A DNA stretch of 46,037 bases, taken from the sequence record PQ850598.1; one strand, 5' to 3'. The notes under the pieces were generated by a model. That model saw nothing but the letters and a program-made list of their open reading frames with translations, was not told where the DNA came from and ran no database searches. Shown piece after piece: positions 9,659 to 19,481 of this stretch; position 1 is the first letter of the stretch, and each line of letters begins with the position of its first letter. A program made the translations under genes and the position numbers. Source of the DNA: Escherichia phage ClaudiaMuster_Bas77.

Positions 9659-9779
9659 GGTTTGTTAAGATTCTTCCCGCTGCTTCCACATCTGTTTCAG
9701 CTGGAAATAAGCATACGCTTCATCACCATCTTTCGCATTGCGCTCCATTTGCTCACACCATGCCGATGGTTTTGGCGGC

Positions 9780-10085
9780 TCACTCTGCTGGCAATGTTGT
9801 TGGCTCATTAACAGATTCCTCAACCGCAGATTCAACGATGCGCACCAGTGAGCACTCAAGATTCGGTGCATTGTAATTACCAGCCAGAAACAGAACACTG
9901 CCGGTGCTGATTAATACCTGCTTTGCGTTCGCCTGTGACAGATTCTGCACGATGAATTGCGCTGTTTCCGTGCCGATTTTTAGCACTGCGCTGCCGTCGC
10001 TGTTCAGTGATACCGGTTGTGCTGAAGTGTCGGTAATATTGGTGTAGCTCGCGTTTCGTTGCGCGATTGTTATGTCTGTGAACAT
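9780..10085 (-). CDS. hypothetical protein (101 aa)
   Basis: Track ORF; start coupled to upstream stop. Confidence 0.4.
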   Translation of the reverse strand: MFTDITIAQRNASYTNITDTSAQPVSLNSDGSAVLKIGTETAQFIVQNLSQANAKQVLISTGSVLFLAGNYNAPNLECSLVRIVESAVEESVNEPTTLPAE

Positions 10086-10086
10086 A

Positions 10087-10308
10087 TTAGCCTCTTACGT
10101 TTAATTTGATTTTTCCATCCACGTCGCGTGATGCACACTCAACAGTGATTGTTAACTTGGTGATCTCTTCGACGTCTGCATCAAGAATCAAGCGGACGCA
10201 ACCACCAACTATTCTACCATCCTGATCAACAACGCGAATTTTATCATCGACTCTTTCAACGTGGAGCCAAACCTTTTCTTCATCACAGCCATTATTGAGA
10301 ATTGACAT
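10087..10308 (-). CDS. hypothetical protein (73 aa)
   Basis: Track ORF; ATG overlaps upstream stop. Confidence 0.5.
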   Translation of the reverse strand: MSILNNGCDEEKVWLHVERVDDKIRVVDQDGRIVGGCVRLILDADVEEITKLTITVECASRDVDGKIKLNVRG

Positions 10309-10739
10309 TATTTAATCTCCAGTTCTTTTGCGCGAATTGCGCTGTCAATGATGTCTTGCAAATCCTGTTCGCGCGATTTATGTCCGCGCTCGCCAGCCTG
10401 TAATGCCTTCTTGATTAAGTGCTGCAATGCAGGGTTGGTGACATTCCACGCCATGAGCACATCGTATACGTCAACAAATATACCCGGCTTAATCTCGTGC
10501 AGGTATTTGTTATCAGCCTCAGGAGCGCCAATGCAATCATTGAGGTCTTGTTCGTCGGTAATTGGCTCGCGGTATGCAATAACAACATCCCCGCGACCCT
10601 CAATCACTTCAATGCGATCAGCATAATATTTGCTTAGATAGAAAATCTCACCAGTCCTTTCTGACTTAACTACAAGATAAGCCGCGTTATGGCCAGCAAA
10701 ATCATCCTCATAACCTTTCAGATATTTCCACTTTTTCAT
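10308..10739 (-). CDS. hypothetical protein with DUF3310-like C-terminal segment
   Basis: 143-aa track ORF; C-terminal DVLMAWNVTNPALQHLIKKALQAGERGHKSREQDLQDIIDSAIRAKE resembles the DUF3310 phage family signature as I recall it. Confidence 0.45.
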   Translation of the reverse strand: MKKWKYLKGYEDDFAGHNAAYLVVKSERTGEIFYLSKYYADRIEVIEGRGDVVIAYREPITDEQDLNDCIGAPEADNKYLHEIKPGIFVDVYDVLMAWNVTNPALQHLIKKALQAGERGHKSREQDLQDIIDSAIRAKELEIK

Positions 10740-10930
10740 TTCATCGTCACCCGATTATTTTCATCAACATTAAAATTCGCACGAATCAAATCATACATGT
10801 CATTTTTAGGCATATCAGCCAGCGCCACATAGCAACGGGCAAAGTAGCGAACATCACGGAGTGTCAGCGGCTGCCGCTTCTCCACAATGCTGGTGATAAT
10901 GTCCATCGGCTCGCGTCGTGGTCTTGGCAT
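10736..10930 (-). CDS. hypothetical protein (64 aa)
   Basis: Track ORF with AAGGAG RBS; first gene of the minus-strand cassette. Confidence 0.5.
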   Translation of the reverse strand: MPRPRREPMDIITSIVEKRQPLTLRDVRYFARCYVALADMPKNDMYDLIRANFNVDENNRVTMK

Positions 10931-10954
10931 ATTTACTACTCCTTCTCGAAAAAC

Positions 10955-11020
10955 ATCTTGACGTTTCTACATCACTTAGTCAATACTTATTGACGTAGAT
11001 TGTACCACAACGGAAAAGGT
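10955..11020. promoter_or_regulatory. divergent regulatory region with GTTTCTACATCA and TTGACGTAGATTG motif copies
   Basis: Lies between divergently oriented gene starts (10930 minus, 11029 plus); contains two TTGACG hexamers and both motif variants; exact -10 elements ambiguous. Confidence 0.4.
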
Positions 11021-11028
11021 GATGTGGA

Positions 11029-11227
11029 AATGCGATACAAAGAAATAGCAGCGAGATACCAGAAAGAAGTGCGCGAGGTTATGGAAATCCTTAACGTTCG
11101 CGAAGATACCATTAAGTATGTGGAAACTGCCATGTGTTCACTTGCTCTTGAAGCGGAGGTTGCAGGTCGTGAAAAGGCTGACGAACTTATATCTGCGTTG
11201 GTTTATAGTTCAACCAGTAACGGTTGA
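11029..11227 (+). CDS. hypothetical protein (66 aa)
   Basis: Track ORF 11000..11227 (TTG); ATG at 11029 with AAGGTGA RBS. Confidence 0.5.
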
Positions 11228-11287
11228 ATATGAAGGTTATCTGTGCGTTGAGCACGTTGTTATCAAGTTCTACGGGAGAAATTATAA

Positions 11288-11482
11288 ATGGCGCATGACG
11301 AACTGTACGAAGAATCGTTAATCCAGCGACTGAATGAAGTTGAGCGCACACGCGAATGGCTGGAGTGCGAATTGCGAGAGGTGCGCAATCGACTGCAACG
11401 CAAACGCAGTCAACAGAAAGATGTTATCGACTGGTCTGGCAATGCACCTAAATTTAACAACATTGGAGAATGGTTGAAATGA
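11288..11482 (+). CDS. hypothetical protein (64 aa), coiled-coil
   Basis: Track ORF; GGGAG RBS. Confidence 0.5.
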   Translation: MAHDELYEESLIQRLNEVERTREWLECELREVRNRLQRKRSQQKDVIDWSGNAPKFNNIGEWLK

Positions 11483-11700
11483 GAAAGTTCAGTACGTTAG
11501 TTGATTTAATTTTTGCTGACATAAGTGAGGATAACGCCAGAAGCGAGAAGTCAAAAAATCAGCGTCAGGATATTACGTTTCGCACACTGCTTAAGCAATC
11601 AATGCGCAATAAGAAGGAGTGGAGATACAGGCGCGACAGAGTTCTGATAAGACTGTGCAAATTGAATATGAATAAGATACTTAAGGATATGACCAAATGA
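11470..11700 (+). CDS. hypothetical basic protein
   Basis: Track ORF; alternative ATG at 11479 has better RBS spacing. Confidence 0.45.
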   Translation: MVEMRKFSTLVDLIFADISEDNARSEKSKNQRQDITFRTLLKQSMRNKKEWRYRRDRVLIRLCKLNMNKILKDMTK

Positions 11701-11945
11701 CAGCACCACATATGCCAATGATGAATGATAGCGGGTTGCTGTGCTGCCCATTCTGTGGCGGGAATGAAGTTTACTTGAATATTGATTTAGTGCTTGTATC
11801 TGTCGAATGCGGAGATTGCTGTGCAAGTTCAGGTGAATGGGGTTCACCGGAAACCGCTGTCAGGCACTGGAACACCCGCAACGGACACCTATACACCGCA
11901 GACGACTTCAATCAGGCAGCAGAGGAGCGTGATTATGGACTATAA
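11697..11945 (+). CDS. Lar-like restriction alleviation zinc-ribbon protein
   Basis: 82 aa; CCPFCGG ... VECGDCC ... AVRHWNTRN matches the Lar family pattern (CPFCG ... C..C ... WN.R) as recalled. Confidence 0.55.
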   Translation: MTAPHMPMMNDSGLLCCPFCGGNEVYLNIDLVLVSVECGDCCASSGEWGSPETAVRHWNTRNGHLYTADDFNQAAEERDYGL

Positions 11946-12423
11946 ATCACAAATCATGCGCGTGATTATGAATCACCCCGGTTCAACGCGCGCATATATT
12001 GAGAAGCATTGCGGAGGAAAGCATTCAAGCACCACAACGCATCGTTTGCATGAGATGCTTGCGCTTGGATTCATTCGCCGTGAGAAGTCCGTGATTCGCG
12101 GTGGGAAGTGGCAGTATAAATATTTCATCTCTGATGATGCAGCTGGTATTGATGATGCTATTAAGTGCCATTTGCTTGATAACGCTGGCGCAGAGGTGAA
12201 AGAAATCAGCGTAGCCACTGGCATTGATTACCGAATCGTGAAAAGCCGCATCCGCATTATGTTTCATAACGGTGATGTAACGCGAAGATATGACCACCAC
12301 AAGAAGCTGTGGCGTTATTCTTGGCATGAGAAGGAAGTTAACGTCAGCAACCTGTTTAATTCACTTCTTCGCAATGTAAGAGGTCGTCATGGGGAAAGCC
12401 AAACGCAAGAAGCAAGAGTATGA
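11935..12423 (+). CDS. hypothetical protein, possible winged-helix DNA-binding protein
   Basis: Track ORF 11794..12423; ATG at 11935 (MDYKSQIMRVIMNHPGSTRAYIEK); helix-turn-helix-like segments; weak call. Confidence 0.4.
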   Translation: MDYKSQIMRVIMNHPGSTRAYIEKHCGGKHSSTTTHRLHEMLALGFIRREKSVIRGGKWQYKYFISDDAAGIDDAIKCHLLDNAGAEVKEISVATGIDYRIVKSRIRIMFHNGDVTRRYDHHKKLWRYSWHEKEVNVSNLFNSLLRNVRGRHGESQTQEARV

Positions 12424-12565
12424 GCCATTACCGCCATGCGAAATGTCAGGAATGCCGCAGCAGGAGGATGTGATTCTCACCGAGGCTGAGTGGCGCAAGG
12501 TGGCAAGAGTGCAAATCATGTTCCGCAAACTTGCTGAGGACGTACTAAATGAGATGGGCTATTAA
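12389..12565 (+). CDS. hypothetical protein (58 aa)
   Basis: Hand-translated: MGKAKRKKQEYEPLPPCEMSGMPQQEDVILTEAEWRKVARVQIMFRKLAEDVLNEMGY. Confidence 0.35.
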   Translation: MGKAKRKKQEYEPLPPCEMSGMPQQEDVILTEAEWRKVARVQIMFRKLAEDVLNEMGY

Positions 12566-12896
12566 GCATAAATCTGGCAGAACTCTGTTTATTACATCGG
12601 ATGAGTTTATTGCCAATAACCGTAGAAAGATGGGCTGGATAGTGGAGGAAGTGAAGATGACGAGTAGAGAGCAGTTTGAGGAGTGGGCCAAGGAGAACGG
12701 AATGAGTCTTGTTTATGGTGACTGTGATTATGTGTATTCGCCAACCGTATGGGCGTGGAAAGCATGGCGAGCATCGCGCTCAGCAATTGAGATTGAATTG
12801 CCAGCGGTAGAGATTGGTTATGAAATGATGGAATACTACGAGCCTCAACAGGTTATTGAGGCAATCAAACAAGCAGGCTTAAAGGTGAAAAAATGA
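12549..12896 (+). CDS. hypothetical protein (115 aa)
   Basis: Track ORF. Confidence 0.5.
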   Translation: MRWAIKHKSGRTLFITSDEFIANNRRKMGWIVEEVKMTSREQFEEWAKENGMSLVYGDCDYVYSPTVWAWKAWRASRSAIEIELPAVEIGYEMMEYYEPQQVIEAIKQAGLKVKK

Positions 12897-13219
12897 TTAT
12901 CCCATTAAACGACATTATGAAAGCAGACATCATTCAGCTTGAAGATTATGACATGCAACTGGCGTTTGAAATAGAAACTGTTGAGCGTCAACTGCAATAT
13001 GCTGATAAGAAGAATGATCGCATCTGGCATGAGAAAGCGCTTAAAGCACGGGACCACATGAAGCGCACGCGCGCACTTATTAAAACTCGTCTGGATAAGC
13101 TGTATTTTGGCGAGGAAAGATATTTGCATGGCGCAATTCTGGCGCAAATCCGCAAGGAAATGCCTATTGGTAAGTTCATGTCATACGTGCACCGGGCAAA
13201 GCAGGAGGCTGGGTTATGA
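12893..13219 (+). CDS. hypothetical protein (108 aa)
   Basis: Track ORF; ATGA overlap with upstream gene. Confidence 0.5.
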   Translation: MIIPLNDIMKADIIQLEDYDMQLAFEIETVERQLQYADKKNDRIWHEKALKARDHMKRTRALIKTRLDKLYFGEERYLHGAILAQIRKEMPIGKFMSYVHRAKQEAGL

Positions 13220-13404
13220 GCGGCCCAAAATTTCCAGAGCTGCCTGTTGAGGTTCAGGTTGCATTGATTAATGCAGCAAGTGCAATGGCGACAAAGAAGA
13301 TTGAGGCAATAGGAAGCGATTACAACAGGAGCATAGACTGGTTTCAGAGGGAGTATCAAAAAATCTGCGACGCACTCTACAAAGAAAACAGGGGTAGACC
13401 ATGA
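13216..13404 (+). CDS. hypothetical protein (62 aa)
   Basis: Track ORF; coupled to neighbours. Confidence 0.45.
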   Translation: MSGPKFPELPVEVQVALINAASAMATKKIEAIGSDYNRSIDWFQREYQKICDALYKENRGRP

Positions 13405-13547
13405 TCCAATTACTGTGGATATTATCAGCATACGCATTCGCGAGAGTATTTGAGGCTGATACTCTGTACCAGATGATTTGCTATGGCGCTCTGTTCTGTC
13501 TCTCTGGTGCCGCGCTTGCATTTATGGATGATGTGATTTCAGACTAA
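13401..13547 (+). CDS. small membrane protein (48 aa)
   Basis: Hand-translated: MIQLLWILSAYAFARVFEADTLYQMICYGALFCLSGAALAFMDDVISD; ATGA overlap with upstream stop. Confidence 0.4.
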   Translation: MIQLLWILSAYAFARVFEADTLYQMICYGALFCLSGAALAFMDDVISD

Positions 13548-13741
13548 CTCCGTATATCTTTTGTTCATTATGGGCTGCTATCATTTAATCAGGAGGTAGC
13601 CCATGAATATAATCCCCATCACTTACTTTCTTACGCTATACGCACTTACCAATTCTCCATTGTTTGCACTGGCTACCGCCTCATGGTGCTATATCTCCCT
13701 GTGTTATAATTCGACCACAAACTAACCGTGGAGAGTTAACC

Positions 13742-15621
<1,880 letters not shown>

Positions 15622-15623
15622 TA

Positions 15624-16694
15624 ATGGAAAAGATTATTTTTACCAAAGACCTGGTAGCCAACTCCGCAGTGGTGGCTGACCAGTGGAAACATCTGACCAT
15701 CGACCGCAAGGTGTTCTGCAATGCAGAAGCTGAACTGGCGAAAACATACGGTGTTAACGCCACCGCACTGGTAACGAAAGATTACTGGCGCGACGTGGAT
15801 AACGTCACCACCCGCGTTTTCCGCAACGAAGCTGGTCAGGACATGATGGCTGACCTGATGGGCATCGCGGCAAACATCAACATCGGAAAGACTGTGGCAA
15901 TCAGCCGCATTGCTTCCGATGCTGGAAAGGTAGTCCGCACTCTGTCTGGTCAGGAGCCGGAAGATTTGGATAAAACTCGCTACGATTACACTGGCGATGT
16001 GATCCCAATCTTCAAAACTGGCTACAGCCGAGAATGGCGCGAGCTGCTGGGTATGCAGTCTGAAGGCTTCGACCCACTGCTGGACGATCAGGCCAACGTC
16101 ACCTTTAACCTGCGTTCCGACATGGCGCAGTATCTGCTGACCGGCGACCAGACTCTGAACGTGAACGGCGTTTACACTGGCTATGGTATCACCAACCACC
16201 CGAACACTGTTCAGGTTAACCTGAATGCTCCCGGCGGCCTTAATATCGACCTGCAAACTGCAACGCCAGACGAAATCGTGACCTTCTTCAATCAGGATTT
16301 CCAGGCTATTCTGGATGCGCAGAACGTATTTGAGCAGGTGACTCTGTGGGTTTCTCCGGCAGTGCGTCGTAGCTTCATGCGTCCGTATTCTGATGCGGCA
16401 GGCTTCAAAGGCGGCACTGTTGAGCAGTACATCACGCAGTTTGGCAATGGTCGCATCGGTAAGATTGGCACCAACTTCCTGCTGACTGGTAACCATTTCG
16501 TTGGCTACGTTCGCAACGACATGTACATCCGTCCGCGTGTTGCTCAGCCAGTTTCCACCTACGCGGCAGCTCGTGCCAACCCGCACGATAACTTTAACTT
16601 CCTCGTGTGGTCTGCTTTTGGTTTGCAGATTCGCAAGGACGCCACTGGCAAGTCCAGAGTGTTCAACGGCTACGGTACGCAAACTCCGGTGTAA
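15624..16694 (+). CDS. major capsid protein
   Basis: 356-aa ORF after scaffold and decoration genes, followed by strong terminators; a 390-aa antisense ORF here is a mirror artefact. Confidence 0.75.
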   Translation: MEKIIFTKDLVANSAVVADQWKHLTIDRKVFCNAEAELAKTYGVNATALVTKDYWRDVDNVTTRVFRNEAGQDMMADLMGIAANINIGKTVAISRIASDAGKVVRTLSGQEPEDLDKTRYDYTGDVIPIFKTGYSREWRELLGMQSEGFDPLLDDQANVTFNLRSDMAQYLLTGDQTLNVNGVYTGYGITNHPNTVQVNLNAPGGLNIDLQTATPDEIVTFFNQDFQAILDAQNVFEQVTLWVSPAVRRSFMRPYSDAAGFKGGTVEQYITQFGNGRIGKIGTNFLLTGNHFVGYVRNDMYIRPRVAQPVSTYAAARANPHDNFNFLVWSAFGLQIRKDATGKSRVFNGYGTQTPV

Positions 16695-16698
16695 TAAA

Positions 16699-16722
16699 AA
16701 AAGGGGCGAAAGCCCCTTTATG
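16699..16722. terminator. bidirectional rho-independent terminator
   Basis: AAGGGGC gaaa GCCCCTT hairpin flanked by an A-run upstream and T-rich sequence downstream. Confidence 0.6.
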
Positions 16723-16737
16723 AATTTGAGGTGAATA

Positions 16738-16935
16738 ATGGCTAAATACGAAGTGATCGCTCGCGGAATCTTTGTTAAAGAGAAGGGCAAGATTCGTGAA
16801 TTGCAGCTTGGCGAGGTGATTACCGAGCCAGACGAGCATCTGCTACCAAAACTGCGCGTTATGCCAGAACTGGAAAAGACTTTCGAAGTCGCAACCCCGC
16901 AACAAAAGACGACAAAGAAAAAGAAAGCAGAGTAA
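16738..16935 (+). CDS. hypothetical protein (65 aa)
   Basis: Track ORF with GAGGTGA RBS, bracketed by two terminators. Confidence 0.5.
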   Translation: MAKYEVIARGIFVKEKGKIRELQLGEVITEPDEHLLPKLRVMPELEKTFEVATPQQKTTKKKKAE

Positions 16936-16938
16936 ACA

Positions 16939-16964
16939 AAACCCGCATCATGCGGGTTTTTTAT
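16939..16964. terminator. bidirectional rho-independent terminator
   Basis: ACCCGCAT c ATGCGGGT hairpin followed by TTTTTTATT; separates the plus-strand capsid operon from the converging minus-strand cassette. Confidence 0.65.
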
Positions 16965-16966
16965 TG

Positions 16967-17506
16967 CTACAGACGCATCGGCATAACAACAATCTTAGCA
17001 GTCTCGCCAGATGGCGCATTAAGACAGCAAACTGCGGCATTTGTGTTTCCATTAAGTTCAAATTTGATACAACTGAATTTAGGATTAAACAGCTTCGCCA
17101 CTTTCTCAACGTCAACCAGATATCCAGCATTGAAGCCAATTTCCTCTGCTGGCAAGGTCTGCTTCGGAATGACGCGATCAATATCAGGGAATCGCCCGTC
17201 AATCTCTTCACAGATACCAGCACCAACCATAACGCCAGCTTCATCATGATACGTTGCAATTTTCGACTTTGTATCAATGATGGCGTAGTCATAGCGTTTT
17301 GTTGGTGACTTGCCAATCTTGATAATCACATTTTCTGTAAGATTATTATCATGGTTTCCACCAATAAATGCGCGATGACCGTCAGTTGATGCAATACGAC
17401 CATCAGGCATAAAGCAAATGCCATTCAGGTAATATCGCACATCGTTGCGCGCCTGAAATATTAATGCTGATTCAAGTAATAGTTTGCCGATTTTTAGTTT
17501 CATCAC
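16967..17506 (-). CDS. truncated beta sliding clamp (DnaN)-like protein
   Basis: 179 aa; [54 protein letters not shown] and C-terminal IVVMPMRL match E. coli DnaN ([67 protein letters not shown]; recalled from memory). It lacks domain I and part of domain III. Confidence 0.65.
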   Translation of the reverse strand: [179 protein letters not shown]

Positions 17507-17676
17507 TTCACCTTAATCATATGCTGTTTTGCAACCTTCAGGCACTCCTCAAAAATGCCACCCTTCTTTGCGCTCTGATTGCGCTTGTAATACTGAACTG
17601 CCGCATCAATTGCCATCTGGTCGATTTCAGGCAGTTTGGTGCGTAGTTGTTTTTCAATGAATTGTTCTGGTGTCAT
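17503..17676 (-). CDS. hypothetical protein (57 aa)
   Basis: Hand-translated: MTPEQFIEKQLRTKLPEIDQMAIDAAVQYYKRNQSAKKGGIFEECLKVAKQHMIKVK; start overlaps the methyltransferase stop (TAATG), stop overlaps the clamp-like gene start. Confidence 0.4.
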   Translation of the reverse strand: MTPEQFIEKQLRTKLPEIDQMAIDAAVQYYKRNQSAKKGGIFEECLKVAKQHMIKVK

Positions 17677-18473
17677 TAAACGGACCTCATGAATGCTTTA
17701 ATGAATTCTGCTGCGACTTGTGGAACTATGGCATTGCCATAACCGCGCAATCGTCCCACTCTTGCGGATACCCCATGAGTTGCCTCGCAAAATCCGCCTG
17801 GTATGACTCTAGTTTCCTTATCTGCTCCATGGTTGGGTTTCCATGAATCCCATAAACATGAAGCCACATCTGGCGATAAAGAGTATCGTTCCTGAATTTT
17901 CCGTCCTTTCTGTAAAATGTCTTGCTGAGATCCCCGTAATCCTTCCATCCTCGCGCCGTTGGTGTCGCCCATCCTCGCGCCAAAGATGATTCTTTTCCTT
18001 TCCTGTGGAGAGCCGACGCTGCAAGCTGGCAATACTGACGCCCCGCAGGCGTAGCCTTTGTCTTCCAGGTTAAGGAATACAAAATCGAGCCAGTGCTTCC
18101 CAATTGCTGCTGCAACCTGCTCTCCAAACAGCAATTCAGGCTTGCACTCTCTGATGAGCCTGAGAAATGCTGGGGCAAGGTGTCGATCGTCGTCAAATCC
18201 GAGAGACTTACCGGCAACGCTAAACGGCTGGCAAGGTGGTGATCCTGTCCAGAGTCGAGTGCTTTCTGGTATTCCTGCCAGCTGGAGTGCAAGGGGCCAC
18301 CCTCCGATTCCGGCAAAGAAGTGACACTGTGTAAATCCTTCCAGGTCTGAAGGGGTGACTTCGGTGATTGATCGTTCATCGACATATCCGTAAGGAATTA
18401 GTTTATTGTTAATTAATTCACGCAGCCATGCCGCTGCGCCCTTGTCCCACTCATTGTAATAGTGGACCATCAT
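17676..18473 (-). CDS. DNA (cytosine-5)-methyltransferase, minimal
   Basis: C5-MTase motifs in canonical order: I FFAGIGG, IV SPPCQPFS, VI-like LFGEQV (ENV variant), VIII QERKR, X GNAIVPQV. Only ~265 aa with a short target-recognition region. Confidence 0.75.
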   Translation of the reverse strand: MMVHYYNEWDKGAAAWLRELINNKLIPYGYVDERSITEVTPSDLEGFTQCHFFAGIGGWPLALQLAGIPESTRLWTGSPPCQPFSVAGKSLGFDDDRHLAPAFLRLIRECKPELLFGEQVAAAIGKHWLDFVFLNLEDKGYACGASVLPACSVGSPQERKRIIFGARMGDTNGARMEGLRGSQQDILQKGRKIQERYSLSPDVASCLWDSWKPNHGADKETRVIPGGFCEATHGVSARVGRLRGYGNAIVPQVAAEFIKAFMRSV

Positions 18474-19282
18474 CACATCTTCTCCAGAATTGCCATCACC
18501 TCGTGAATATCAGCAACAGGAATCTGGATAAACTCCTCATTCTCTGCCACTACATGACCAGCAGGAAGAATAACGTGGTCAGCTGGCTTCAGTAACTCAA
18601 TCAGTCGGTCTACTGGCTTAATCTTTTTCGACTTAAGCACCTTCGCCGTTACCTTATCCTTGCCTTGCGCCTTCGCTTCTTCGACTGCCTCGTCGATAAC
18701 TTTAACCGCATCATCGCCATGTTCGCGAGTTACTGCTACGGCATTTGCATAGCTGATTTGCCCTGCACTGATTCGCGCTTTTACTTCGGCTGGCACATCA
18801 CCCAGTGACAGGTGCATCTGCACGTCAGAAACTGAGCGCCCTACCTTCTTGGCGATTTCCTCGTTGGTCCAGCCAAAACCCTTCAGTCGCGTGTAAGCCT
18901 TTGCGCGTTCAAACGGGTCAAGCTGCTTACCCTGACTGGACGACACCATGAAGGCGATTTTATCTGCTTCGCCTCCTGTGAAATCCTTGCACTCAATACG
19001 AACAATTGGTGCGCCACGCTCAATGGCACGCAACGCTCCGAGATAGCGATGCTGACCATCAAGAATGCGGATTCCCTTCTCGTCTGGAATAACTGTTAAT
19101 GCTGGCAATGGCTGACCTGACTCCCAGCACTGCGCGAAATACTCCACATGCTGCTCATCTGCCTCACGGATGTTGTATCCCGGCTCAAGATAGATTTGCT
19201 CAACTGGAACGAGATATGTTTTGTTAACAGCGATGCCGTTACGCGTTTCTTTGTCTGAATAGATTTTGCTGAGTGTTTTCAT
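18473..19282 (-). CDS. ParB-like nuclease-domain protein (DGQHR motif)
   Basis: Track ORF 18473..19294 (GTG); ATG at 19282. IRILDGQHRYLGALRAIERG carries the DGQHR signature of the DndB/ParB-like family; helix-turn-helix-like segment TNEEIAKKVGRSVSDV. Confidence 0.6.
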   Translation of the reverse strand: MKTLSKIYSDKETRNGIAVNKTYLVPVEQIYLEPGYNIREADEQHVEYFAQCWESGQPLPALTVIPDEKGIRILDGQHRYLGALRAIERGAPIVRIECKDFTGGEADKIAFMVSSSQGKQLDPFERAKAYTRLKGFGWTNEEIAKKVGRSVSDVQMHLSLGDVPAEVKARISAGQISYANAVAVTREHGDDAVKVIDEAVEEAKAQGKDKVTAKVLKSKKIKPVDRLIELLKPADHVILPAGHVVAENEEFIQIPVADIHEVMAILEKM

Positions 19283-19283
19283 A

Positions 19284-19481
19284 TCATTCACCACTTTCTT
19301 CTAACAATTGCTCATAATATGCGACGTATTCATTAGCCAGATGGTACAGGCGATCAGCAGACTTGCGTTCTGCATTGCTTAAGTCATCAATAGACTCAAT
19401 GTTGCCAATTGCATCAACACAATCATTGAAGTCTTGCTCCGTGTTACGGAATCTACAGTAGGACATGTTTGCCATAATCAC
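19284..19481 (-). CDS. hypothetical acidic protein (65 aa)
   Basis: Track ORF. Confidence 0.5.
   Translation of the reverse strand: MIMANMSYCRFRNTEQDFNDCVDAIGNIESIDDLSNAERKSADRLYHLANEYVAYYEQLLEESGE

Noticed and set aside
9665-9898. 77-aa minus-strand ORF
   Set aside because: Overlaps the 3' end of the better-supported 9780..10085 gene by more than 100 nt in another frame and lacks an obvious RBS; possibly spurious, left unannotated.
17726-18385. 219-aa minus-strand ORF in an alternative frame
   Set aside because: Lies entirely within the C5-methyltransferase gene, whose frame carries the conserved FxGxGG / PCQ / QxRxR motifs; the alternative frame has none.
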